From Candidatus Micrarchaeota archaeon (GTDB lineage Archaea > Micrarchaeota > Micrarchaeia > Norongarragalinales > Norongarragalinaceae), in the NCBI GenBank assembly GCA_964630975.1, contig CAZVVY010000001.1:2610-66609 (forward strand): a stretch of DNA of 64,000 nucleotides, given 5' to 3'. The position numbers and the translations under genes are program-made. Each line of letters begins with the position of its first letter. Position 1 is the stretch's first letter. Positions 16,889 through 25,339 of this stretch are shown here, piece by piece. The notes under the pieces are model-generated. The model was not told the DNA's origin. It worked only from the letters and a program-made list of their open reading frames with translations, and searched no databases.

Positions 16889-19339
16889 TTAGTCGTCCCT
16901 CACCAAAACTTTTTCTCCGGGGGTAGTCTTCCTGCCGCACGGGCAAACGAAGTGTTCGCCCGGAATGTACCCGTGTTCGGGGCAGATGCTGAACGTCGGG
17001 CTGATGGAGAAGTAAGGCAGGCGCGTGGTGTGCGCTATTTTTTTTACGAGGGAGCGGCACGCCTTCCAGTCGCTCACTTTTTCGCCGAGGAAAGAGTGGA
17101 ACACGGTTCCGCCGGTGTACATCGTCTGCAAGTCGTTTTGGTGGTTGAGCGCCTCGAACAAGTCGTCGGTCGCGTCCACGGGCAGTTGCGTCGAGTTGGT
17201 CAAGTACGGCTCGTCCTGCCCCGACGTAATTATTTCCGGGTACGCCTTCTTGTCGATTCTCGCGAGGCGGTAAGACGTTCCTTCCGCCGGCGTCGCCTCC
17301 AAGTTATACAAGTTACCGGTTTCCTTCTGGTATTCCTTGAGCTTGCCGCGCATGAATTCCAGGGTTTCGATTGCGAATTCCTTGCCTTCGCCCGTGAACA
17401 GGTTTTTGCCGAGCAAGTTGAGGCACGCCTCGTTCATTCCCACGAGCCCGATGGTCGAAAAGTGGTGTTCGAACGTCCCCAAATACGTCTTCGAGTAAGG
17501 CATCAGGCCTTCCGCCATGTTCTTGTTGATTACCTTGCGCTTTATTTCGAGTGAGTCGCGCGCCAAGTCCATGTAACGCCCCAGTTTTTCGAAGAACTCG
17601 CTCTTGGTCTTGGCTTCGTACGCGAGGCGGTTCACGTTGAGCGTGACGACTCCGATGGAGCCGGTTTGCTCGCCGGCGCCGAACAAGCCGTTGCCCTTGT
17701 TGCGCAACTCGTTCAAGTCAAGGCTGAGGCGGCAACACATTGCGCGCACGCTCGACGGGTCCAGTTTGCTGCCCACGTAGTTCTGGAAGTAAGGCGTGCC
17801 GTAGCGCGCCGTCATCTCGAAGAGCCGGCGCGCGTTTTCGGTATCCCAATCGAAGTCCTTTGTCAGGTTGTACGTGGGAATCGGGAAAGTGAAAATCCTT
17901 CCGAGGGCGTCGCCTTCCTTCATTACTTCGAGAAACGCCCGGTTAATCATGTCCATTTCCTTCTGGCATTCGCCGTAAGTGAAGTCGGCGGGCAACCCCC
18001 CGATTATGGCGTGCTCGCCCTTCAAGTCGTCGGGAACCGTCCAGTCGAAGGTAAGGTTGGTGAACGGCATTTGGCTGCCCCAACGCGAAGGAATGTTGAG
18101 GGAGAAAATCATTGTCTGCATTGCCTGCTTTACTTCCTTGTAAGACAACTCCTCCGACTTCACGAAAGGGGCGAGCAAGGTGTCCACGCTCGAAAACGCT
18201 TGGGCTCCCGCGAACTCCATTTGCGTGCATCCCAAAAAGTTCACCATTTGGTGGACTACCACGTCCAAGTGCTTGGCGGGCTTGGCATCCACCTTGTTGG
18301 GCACGCCTCCGAAGCCGCGCGCGAGAAGGTTTTTGAGGGACCAGCCCGCGCAATATCCGACTATGCCTGCTGACAAGTCGTGTATATGGAAGTATCCGTT
18401 ACGGTGCGCGTCCGATATTTCGGCGGGGTACATTTCGTTGAGCACGTAGTTGGCGATTACCGAGCCCGCGGTGTGAAGCATGAGGCCGGAAAAAGAGTAG
18501 TCCACGTTGCTGTTTTCCTTTGTCCTCCAATCGCTTTGCTTGAGGTAGCCCTCCATTACCCCGTGGATGTCGAGGAAAGTGCTCTTCAAGCTCCTCATCT
18601 TTTCGTGTTGCTTGCGGTACAGTATGAATGCCTTCGCGGTCTTCACGTGGCCGCCTTCAATCAACACTTTTTCAACCATGTCCTGGACGTCTTCCACGCT
18701 GGGCTCGGTCAGGCCCACGCGGTCCAACTCGAAGACCACTTCGCCGGCGATTTCACGGGCCAGCTTCTTGTTGCGGCCGCCCACCGCGATTGCCGCCTTG
18801 TAAAGGGCTTCCACTATTTTTTCCTTGTCGAACGGCACGACCCGCCCGTCGCGCTTGCGTACCTTCTTGATTTTGGAGGTGATGCGCGCCGGCTTGGTTT
18901 TGAGGGAACTCGCTTCCCTCTCGAATTTTTCCACGGAATCGAAGGCGCGGTACACCGAGGCGAACCGCAGGTACGCCACTTCGTCCAAAGGCCTCAATTT
19001 TTCCAGTGCCTTTTCGCCTATGGCCGTGCTCTTGACTTCTTCCCCGAATTCATCGCGGCACTCCTTCTCGATTTCTTCGACGAGTTCGCCGATTTTTTCC
19101 TCGCTTATATTGGTTTTCTCACACGCCTTCAAAAACCCGGACTTGAGTTTTTCGGGGCTGAACGGCTCCCTCAAACCCGTTTTTTTGAGTACGGCCAGCT
19201 CCAACCCTTCAACCCTTTCATAAGTAGTAAAGCGTTTTTTGCAGGAATTGCATTCGCGGCGCCTGCGGTTCGAAGAACCGTCGCTGGAGCGCTTGTCAAC
19301 TACTTTTACGTCTTCACTCCCACAAAAAGGACAATTCAT
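16889..19339 (-). CDS. nrdD: NrdR-NrdD fusion: NrdR repressor, second ATP-cone and class III RNR catalytic domain lacking the glycyl loop
   Basis: Residues 1 to about 147: CPFC, RRRRECNSC, RFTTYE, ATP-cone, LDEVAYLRFASVY. Then KRDGRVVPFD ATP-cone, HIHDL, YCAGWSL, FTFPIPT, AMCCRL, EATPAE; ends CPEHGY...CPCG. Confidence 0.93.
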   Translation of the reverse strand: MNCPFCGSEDVKVVDKRSSDGSSNRRRRECNSCKKRFTTYERVEGLELAVLKKTGLREPFSPEKLKSGFLKACEKTNISEEKIGELVEEIEKECRDEFGEEVKSTAIGEKALEKLRPLDEVAYLRFASVYRAFDSVEKFEREASSLKTKPARITSKIKKVRKRDGRVVPFDKEKIVEALYKAAIAVGGRNKKLAREIAGEVVFELDRVGLTEPSVEDVQDMVEKVLIEGGHVKTAKAFILYRKQHEKMRSLKSTFLDIHGVMEGYLKQSDWRTKENSNVDYSFSGLMLHTAGSVIANYVLNEMYPAEISDAHRNGYFHIHDLSAGIVGYCAGWSLKNLLARGFGGVPNKVDAKPAKHLDVVVHQMVNFLGCTQMEFAGAQAFSSVDTLLAPFVKSEELSYKEVKQAMQTMIFSLNIPSRWGSQMPFTNLTFDWTVPDDLKGEHAIIGGLPADFTYGECQKEMDMINRAFLEVMKEGDALGRIFTFPIPTYNLTKDFDWDTENARRLFEMTARYGTPYFQNYVGSKLDPSSVRAMCCRLSLDLNELRNKGNGLFGAGEQTGSIGVVTLNVNRLAYEAKTKSEFFEKLGRYMDLARDSLEIKRKVINKNMAEGLMPYSKTYLGTFEHHFSTIGLVGMNEACLNLLGKNLFTGEGKEFAIETLEFMRGKLKEYQKETGNLYNLEATPAEGTSYRLARIDKKAYPEIITSGQDEPYLTNSTQLPVDATDDLFEALNHQNDLQTMYTGGTVFHSFLGEKVSDWKACRSLVKKIAHTTRLPYFSISPTFSICPEHGYIPGEHFVCPCGRKTTPGEKVLVRDD

Positions 19340-19349
19340 TTATTTCGAC

Positions 19350-19365
19350 CCCCAACATGTTGTGT
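19350..19365. promoter_or_regulatory. NrdR box 1 (CCCCAACATGTTGTGT)
   Basis: Fits the acaCwAtATaTwGtgt consensus with a perfect palindromic core CAACATGTTG; 10 nt upstream of the nrdR-nrdD start. Confidence 0.8.
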
Positions 19366-19409
19366 TTATTTTTATCCCAAACCACAATCCTGACTTGGAA
19401 GTGCGGCTG

Positions 19410-19428
19410 AATTTTTAAGTGTTTCGCC
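19410..19428 (-). promoter_or_regulatory. Candidate BRE-TATA promoter of the nrd operon
   Basis: Minus strand GGCGAAACACTTAAAAATT, located between the two NrdR boxes. Confidence 0.5.
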
Positions 19429-19435
19429 TTTGTTA

Positions 19436-19451
19436 CCACTAAATGTTGTGT
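19436..19451. promoter_or_regulatory. NrdR box 2 (CCACTAAATGTTGTGT)
   Basis: Matches all conserved positions C-w-A-n-A-T-n-T-w-G of the NrdR consensus. Confidence 0.8.
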
Positions 19452-19513
19452 TTAGTGTTATCACTAACCACTAATAGTGCTAATCGAGGCGTTTTTCCCA
19501 CCTTCGCTAATGC

Positions 19514-20644
19514 CTATTGCTTTAAAGTATTTAAATGTTTCCTGACTTTTTCGGCGGTTCCGGGGCTCTTGAATGCGTCGAAGAATTTTAGTGCGTGTTC
19601 CTTGCACAAGGCGCGGATTTCTCCGGTCGTCTCGTCGTCGATTGCGTACAACTCGCCGAAGAACCGCTTGTGCGCTTTCTTGGAGTATTTGCCGAACAAT
19701 TCGTCGTCGCTCTTGATTCCCTTGGCGCGCGCTTCGCCGCCGTACGTCGCGAAAACCCATTCGCGTATTTTTTGCATTAAGTCGGGCTTTCTTTCGTTGA
19801 GCACTTGCCACGACAGGTTTTGCCAGTACGTGCCCACGTTGCCTTTCGTGATGTCGCCGTGCGGAAACTTTTCCTTTATGAGGGGGAGGGGCGTACCCGT
19901 AATGCCGTGTTGGGCGATGCGTACGCCGAGGTCTTCGTCGCGCAACGCTTGTGCAACGGCGCGAGTCTGTGGAACGTCGATGCTTACTTGTTCCACGAGC
20001 TTTCCGTTCTCGTAAATGTTGCCGTGCGTGGACCCGTTGGCTATGGCGATTACTTGAGGGTAAACCCTGTTTTCGTTGAGCGCCTTGATAAACGTAACCG
20101 CTTCTTCTGGGGAAGTAACCACGAAGCCGTCTTCGCTCTTGCGCCCGATTTCGCCTACTTCGACTTCGAGGCCGGCGTTCGGCCCCGCCTCGGAATAAAT
20201 GTGTTGCGCTATTTCGGTGCTCACGCGAATGTTTTCGCTTAACTCTTCGCGCAAATTGCCGCCTTCGTGGTTGAACAAGAAAGAGGCGTCGATTGCGAAA
20301 GAAGTGTAGCCGGCCTCGACTTGCGCGCTGACCAGTTTCTTGATTCCTTCGACTTCTTCGGCGGTTCCTTTCTTGACCGTCAAGTGGTCGGCGTGCAACG
20401 CCCAAACCGCGTCTCCCGCGGATTCGTTGCACCACTTCGCGTATGCCGAAGGAGTGAGGCCGGTGTAGCCCGAGTCCAGCCCACACTCGCTTTTGGCGAG
20501 CTCCATTATGACTGCGGAGTCGGCTTCGCGCGCGGCATCGAATATTCCGGCAACAACGCCTTTGGCGAGCCGCGTGTTGCAAGCCATTATTATGCATTCT
20601 TCGTCGCGGAGAGCGTCGAACAATTTTTTTCCTTCAACCTTCAT
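19514..20644 (-). CDS. fba: Class II fructose-bisphosphate aldolase
   Basis: ALHADH, TSFAIDAS, EVEVGEIG, NGSTHG, IAQHGITG, KGNVGT. Confidence 0.92.
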   Translation of the reverse strand: MKVEGKKLFDALRDEECIIMACNTRLAKGVVAGIFDAAREADSAVIMELAKSECGLDSGYTGLTPSAYAKWCNESAGDAVWALHADHLTVKKGTAEEVEGIKKLVSAQVEAGYTSFAIDASFLFNHEGGNLREELSENIRVSTEIAQHIYSEAGPNAGLEVEVGEIGRKSEDGFVVTSPEEAVTFIKALNENRVYPQVIAIANGSTHGNIYENGKLVEQVSIDVPQTRAVAQALRDEDLGVRIAQHGITGTPLPLIKEKFPHGDITKGNVGTYWQNLSWQVLNERKPDLMQKIREWVFATYGGEARAKGIKSDDELFGKYSKKAHKRFFGELYAIDDETTGEIRALCKEHALKFFDAFKSPGTAEKVRKHLNTLKQ

Positions 20645-20656
20645 CCGTATTTCACC

Positions 20657-21649
20657 TCAATAAATCGGGTCGGTTTCGAACCGGTGGTCCGTGCGAATCT
20701 CGCGGACGCTGCCGCTCTTGGAGCGGGTTACAAGCGAATGCGTTATTGCGCCGCGACTCGTGAACCGCACGCCTTTCAGGGTCGGGCCGTTGGTTACTCC
20801 GGTGGCCGCGAACATCACGTTGTCGCCTTTTGCCAGGTCCTCGATGTCGAGCTTGTCGGAGTAGCCTACCTTGAAGTATTCGTTGAACTCTTCTTGTTTG
20901 GCGCCTACCCCCATTTCGCGGGCGCGCGATAACTCGTTTTCTTTCTTGAATACGAGTCGGCCCTGTATTTCCCCGCCGAACGCCTTGAGTGCGGCGGCGG
21001 CGAGCACGCCTTCGGGCGCGGCACCCACCCCCATTAAGGCGTCGACGCCTGTATGGGGTAGGGCGGTTGCAATGGCGCCGGTTACGTCGCCGTCGAGTAT
21101 GAGGAGGATGCGGGCGCCGGCGTCACGGATTTCCTTGATTAACGCGTTGTTGCGTTCGCGTTCCATCACGATTACGGTGAGGTCTTCGATTTCCTTGTCG
21201 AGTGCGCGCGCAATCGCGTCCAGGTTTTTTTGCGCGGGCCAATCCAAGTCGACTTTGCCGGCGCATTCGGCGCCGACGGCGAGCTTGTGCATGTAGCAGT
21301 CGGGGGCGTGTAGGAGTGAGCCGGCGGGCGCGCAGGCGAGTACGCTTAACGCGTTGTCGCGGCCTTTGGCTGTTGCGGAAGTGCATTCGAGGGGGTCGAC
21401 GGCGACGTCTATTTCGGGGCCTTTTCCGGTGCCTACTTTTTCGCCTATGTAGAGCATCGGCGCTTCGTCGCGTTCGCCTTCACCGATTACGATGGTTCCG
21501 TCCACGTTGACTTGGTTGAGGGTTTTGCGCATGAGGCGGCTGGCCGCGTCGTCGGCGGCGTGCGAGTCGCCCCGGCCTACGAGCCGCGAGGAAGCTATTG
21601 CCGCGGCTTCTGTTACGCGCACCATTTCGAGGGCAAGGTTTCGGTCCAT
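20657..21649 (-). CDS. glpX: Class II fructose-1,6-bisphosphatase GlpX
   Basis: VRVTEAAAI, VIGEGERDEAPMLYIGE, AVDPLE, DGDV, GAAPEGVL. Confidence 0.96.
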   Translation of the reverse strand: MDRNLALEMVRVTEAAAIASSRLVGRGDSHAADDAASRLMRKTLNQVNVDGTIVIGEGERDEAPMLYIGEKVGTGKGPEIDVAVDPLECTSATAKGRDNALSVLACAPAGSLLHAPDCYMHKLAVGAECAGKVDLDWPAQKNLDAIARALDKEIEDLTVIVMERERNNALIKEIRDAGARILLILDGDVTGAIATALPHTGVDALMGVGAAPEGVLAAAALKAFGGEIQGRLVFKKENELSRAREMGVGAKQEEFNEYFKVGYSDKLDIEDLAKGDNVMFAATGVTNGPTLKGVRFTSRGAITHSLVTRSKSGSVREIRTDHRFETDPIY

Positions 21650-21703
21650 TCTTTAAATCACCTGGAGCCCTGAGAGAGACGAAAATAATTTGGTTGCAGG
21701 GGT

Positions 21704-22513
21704 TTAAACGCTTATGGTCGTGGCCGCGTATGCGACTAGGAAGCAGAGCATCGCGATTTTGAACCATTTTTGTGAGGGGCCGTAACGTTTTTTGAGGAGG
21801 AGGCGCGCTGCGTTCAAGGCGGCCAAGTCGGCGAGGGCGACGAGTGCGAAGAACGAAGCGGGGCCGGAGAGAGCCGGCCAGGAAGCGAAAACGCAGGCGG
21901 AAAGCAGGGAGTAAAGCGCTATTTTTTCCGCCCAACCTTTCCCGGCCGCCAACGGCAGCGTTTTTTTGAATCCCTTGTCCGCCTTCACGTCCTCCAAGTC
22001 CTTGGTTACTTCGCGGCCCGCGTTCGCGAACAATGCCGCGAGCGCCAGGGGAGCCACCGCCGCGTAATCGCCCGTGATGCTCGCGCCGAAAACGAATAAC
22101 AGCGCCGTGTTTCCTGCGACCACCCAGTTGCCCAACCATTTTTTGCCGGCGAGAAACGCCGAATACGAGTACAATGAAACGGATGCCGCAACGGCTATTG
22201 CGAAAGCCGCAACGTTGACCAGCCACGCCAACGCCAAGCCCGCCGCGAACAACGCGAATGCAAACGCCTTTACCTTTCCCGCCTTGACTCTGCCAGAAGG
22301 AATCGGTTTCTTTTTGTTTTTTCCCGCGTCCGCTTTCCCGTCAAAAAAATCGTTTATGGCTTGCCCCCCGCCGCCGATTAACGCGGCGGCAAGCATCGCG
22401 TAAGCCGCTGCCGGGCTTATTCCCGCGCCCGCCCCCAACGCGTAACCCAGCCATACGGCTGCCGCACTCAACGCGAAGTTCGCCGGCCTCACCAATTCAA
22501 TGAAAGCGTTCAC
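21704..22513 (-). CDS. UbiA-family prenyltransferase, likely DGGGP synthase
   Basis: ELVRPAN, INDFFD..AD...PIPSG, GREVTKDLEDVKAD...TLP. Confidence 0.85.
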   Translation of the reverse strand: MNAFIELVRPANFALSAAAVWLGYALGAGAGISPAAAYAMLAAALIGGGGQAINDFFDGKADAGKNKKKPIPSGRVKAGKVKAFAFALFAAGLALAWLVNVAAFAIAVAASVSLYSYSAFLAGKKWLGNWVVAGNTALLFVFGASITGDYAAVAPLALAALFANAGREVTKDLEDVKADKGFKKTLPLAAGKGWAEKIALYSLLSACVFASWPALSGPASFFALVALADLAALNAARLLLKKRYGPSQKWFKIAMLCFLVAYAATTISV

Positions 22514-22567
22514 GAAAACAATTACGCGCCCCCCTTATTTTTATTGCGCGCCCGCCTTCCCCTTTTC

Positions 22568-23443
22568 ATGCACGAGTACAGGTTCGACTCCTTGCGGGGC
22601 TTAACTCTTTTAATAGCCGAAAAACGGGCTGAACGCCCGCACTTGCACGAGAAGGGAGGCGCAAAAAAGAAGTGCCCTTTTTGCAGGGGCAACGAAGCGC
22701 TTACCGGCCCGGCAACCCTGGAATTGCCCGCTGAAAAGTGGAGGGTGCGCGCGTTCCCGAACAAGTATCCTTTTGTCGAGCGCCGCGGCCGCTTCAAGAA
22801 AGGCGCGCGAACCGCGCCCGCGTTCGGCGACCACGAAGTAATAGTGGAGACGGCAAGGCACTCCGAGTTGTTCGAGGATTATTCGCGCGAACAAACCGAA
22901 TCGTTGTGGTCCGCTTACCTCGACCGCTTCAACGAATTGTCGAGCCGCCCCCAAACGCGCTTCGTTTTCTTGTTGAAGAACCACGGAGCGGACAGCGGCG
23001 CCAGCATTCCCCACGAGCACTCGCAAATCGTTTCCTACCCTTTCGTTCCCGAGCGCGTCAAGCGGTTCGCCGCCAAGCCGTGCGCCTTGTGCGATTTGCG
23101 TAAGCTGGGCGTTCCCGTTTTCTCCACGCGAAACTTCCGCGTAATCGCGCCCTTCGACTCGTTGACGGCAGGCGAACTGTGGGTCGTCCCAAAAAAACAC
23201 GTTGAGTCTATGAATGGCGTTAACGGCGTTGAATTGCTGCGTGCCTTACAGGAATGCGTGCGCCGCGTCAAGCGGTTCTCGAATTCCTACAACTTCGCGT
23301 TCATCAACTCGCCGAAAGGCGGCGGCGTACACTTTCACGTTCAAGTGTTCCCGCGAACCGAGCGTTGGGGGGCAGTGGAATTAGGGCTCGGAATTTACTT
23401 GAACGCCTTGGGCGCTCGAAACGCGGCTGAATTATTCCGTTGA
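22568..23443 (+). CDS. galT: Galactose-1-phosphate uridylyltransferase (GalT/HIT family)
   Basis: RAERP, CPFCRGNE, FPNKYP, GDHEVIVET, GASIPHEHSQ. Confidence 0.88.
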   Translation: MHEYRFDSLRGLTLLIAEKRAERPHLHEKGGAKKKCPFCRGNEALTGPATLELPAEKWRVRAFPNKYPFVERRGRFKKGARTAPAFGDHEVIVETARHSELFEDYSREQTESLWSAYLDRFNELSSRPQTRFVFLLKNHGADSGASIPHEHSQIVSYPFVPERVKRFAAKPCALCDLRKLGVPVFSTRNFRVIAPFDSLTAGELWVVPKKHVESMNGVNGVELLRALQECVRRVKRFSNSYNFAFINSPKGGGVHFHVQVFPRTERWGAVELGLGIYLNALGARNAAELFR

Positions 23444-23776
23444 ACTCTCTTGTACTTTCAGGATTGCTTCGGCGAGGTCGCCGTCGCTTTCCTCCAACGC
23501 CTTCTCCGCTTTTTCCTTTGAGCAACCCGTTTCCTTAACGATTATTTCGGCGTCGCCTTCCTCTTTTTTCCCGCTTTCCTCAACGCCCACGTTCCCGGCG
23601 ACTTGAAAGCTCGCTCTTCCCTTCATTTCTATTCGCGTGACTGCGGGATCGGTTATCACTATGCTGGAGCCGTCGCGTTTCTCTATTACCACGCGTTCGG
23701 CCTCCACTTCCTCGCTTTTAATACCCATTTGAGCCATTAACTTGCCCATCTGCTTGGGGTTCACGTTGGGAATCAT
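23432..23776 (-). CDS. nac: Nascent polypeptide-associated complex protein
   Basis: MIPNVNPKQMGKLMAQMGI; UBA tail AEKALEESDGDLAEAIL; ATG at 23776. Confidence 0.93.
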   Translation of the reverse strand: MIPNVNPKQMGKLMAQMGIKSEEVEAERVVIEKRDGSSIVITDPAVTRIEMKGRASFQVAGNVGVEESGKKEEGDAEIIVKETGCSKEKAEKALEESDGDLAEAILKVQESSTE

Positions 23777-23830
23777 ACGGTTATTTCGCGGGCAAGGGTT
23801 TAAACCCCTTGCCTTCCCCAATAACAGTGT

Positions 23831-24247
23831 ATGCACCGTTTTCTCGAACACAAGGCCGACGTCTTGTTCGAAGCAACCGGCGAATCCTTTGAAGACGCCG
23901 TCGAAGAATGCGCGCAAGCCCTTTTCGAGACGATGGCCGACGTTTCCCGAGTCAAAAGCGATGAGAGCGTGGTCGTCGAGGCGCGCGCCCCCGATTTGCG
24001 AGGTCTCGCCGTCTTCATCCTCGAAGAATTGCTTTCGGAGGCGGACGCCGAAAACTTGTTTTTTCACGGCTTCAAAGTGGCGTCGTTCAAGAAGGAGGGC
24101 TCGCAATTCGTGTTGAAGGGCGCGGCTTCCGGGTCCAGAAGGCGCCCCGAATTCGGTCGGACCGACGTTAAGGCGGTTACCCACCACGAAAGCAACGTTA
24201 AAAAAACGGTTAAGGGATATAAGATTAGAATTTTGTTGGACGTGTGA
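23831..24247 (+). CDS. Archease
   Basis: FLEHKADV, DVKAVTHH, ILLDV. Confidence 0.93.
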   Translation: MHRFLEHKADVLFEATGESFEDAVEECAQALFETMADVSRVKSDESVVVEARAPDLRGLAVFILEELLSEADAENLFFHGFKVASFKKEGSQFVLKGAASGSRRRPEFGRTDVKAVTHHESNVKKTVKGYKIRILLDV

Positions 24248-24251
24248 AAAA

Positions 24252-24773
24252 ATGGAGTTGAAGGATTACATTCGGGACGTGCCCGACTTCCCTAAAAAAG
24301 GCATCGTTTTCAAGGACATCACGACTTTGTTGCGCGAGCCCGAAGCATTCAAGCACTCGGTCGAGCGCTTCAAGGAAAAGTACGGGGACGCCGGCGTGAG
24401 TTGCGTGGTCGGAATCGAGTCGCGCGGCTTTATCTTCGGGGCGGCCCTCGCCCACGAGTTGGGTGCCGCGTTCGTGCCATTGCGCAAGCCCGGCAAGCTC
24501 CCCTACAAGACGATTCGCGTGGACTACGAGTTGGAGTACGGGTCGGACGCGGTCGAAGTCCACGAAGACGGCATTCACGCCGGTGAAAAAGTGTTGGTGG
24601 TCGACGACTTGCTTGCCACGGGAGGAACGGCCAAGGCCGCCGTGGACTTGGTTGAGCGCTTGGGCGGAAAAGTTTGCGGAATCGCCTTCCTAGTCGAACT
24701 CGGTTTCTTGAACGGCCGCGAAAAGCTTTCGGGCCACGAAGTTTACTCGCTCGTCAAGTACGACAAGGAGTGA
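24252..24773 (+). CDS. apt: Adenine phosphoribosyltransferase
   Basis: PDFPKKGIVFKDIT, ESRGF, RKPGKLP, LEYG, VDDLLATGGT. Confidence 0.97.
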   Translation: MELKDYIRDVPDFPKKGIVFKDITTLLREPEAFKHSVERFKEKYGDAGVSCVVGIESRGFIFGAALAHELGAAFVPLRKPGKLPYKTIRVDYELEYGSDAVEVHEDGIHAGEKVLVVDDLLATGGTAKAAVDLVERLGGKVCGIAFLVELGFLNGREKLSGHEVYSLVKYDKE

Positions 24774-25339
24774 ACGCGGTTCGGCAACCCCTCGTTGTAA
24801 GCGCGCGCAACAATTAACGTTTTTACTCCGGCGGCTCGCCCGGCTTTAACGTCGAGTTCGGTGTCCCCGACGAACACGGATTCTTCAGCGCTTACCCCTA
24901 GCTCTTCCAACGCCTTGACCAGTATGTCGGGCGCGGGCTTTGGCCGGCAATCTTCCGGCGTTGAAACGAAGTCGAACGATTCCGAGACTTCCCTCAACGT
25001 TTTCTTAGCTTCCCCTTTCGTCTGGTTGGTTGCCACCGCGGTCTTTACTCCGGCGGAGCGCAAAGCCTTAACGGTTTGAATCGCGTCCTCGTTCAACTCG
25101 GCGTACTTCGGGAAGAACTCGTTTGCGTAACGGCTGCGTATTTCGGTTACCAGTTGCTCTTCGGGCTCCACCCCCAAACGCTTCAGCCACTCGGGCGCGC
25201 GGTTGCCGTTCCACTTGATTATTTCCTCCCTTTCCGGAACGCTCAGGCCGTGCTCCGACAACACCGTTTTGTATAACTCGTAAAGCGCTTCCTCTGAGTC
25301 GTAGAGCACTCCGTCGACGTCGAACAGCGCGGCCTTCAC
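24743..25339 (-). CDS. HAD-superfamily hydrolase
   Basis: FDVDGVL, ATN, KPAP, VGDTELD. Confidence 0.92.
   Translation of the reverse strand: MKAALFDVDGVLYDSEEALYELYKTVLSEHGLSVPEREEIIKWNGNRAPEWLKRLGVEPEEQLVTEIRSRYANEFFPKYAELNEDAIQTVKALRSAGVKTAVATNQTKGEAKKTLREVSESFDFVSTPEDCRPKPAPDILVKALEELGVSAEESVFVGDTELDVKAGRAAGVKTLIVARAYNEGLPNRVHSLSYLTSE

Noticed and set aside
16883..16890. A8 tract as a homopolymer error splitting nrdD
   Set aside because: The TAA stop is at the start of the tract in reading direction, so changing tract length does not remove it; the downstream ORF has its own SD and start
21665..21685. Hammerhead-like CUGA..GA..GAAA words here and in the glmS leader
   Set aside because: No stems I and III or cleavage triplet can be formed, and the CUGANGA spacing is wrong
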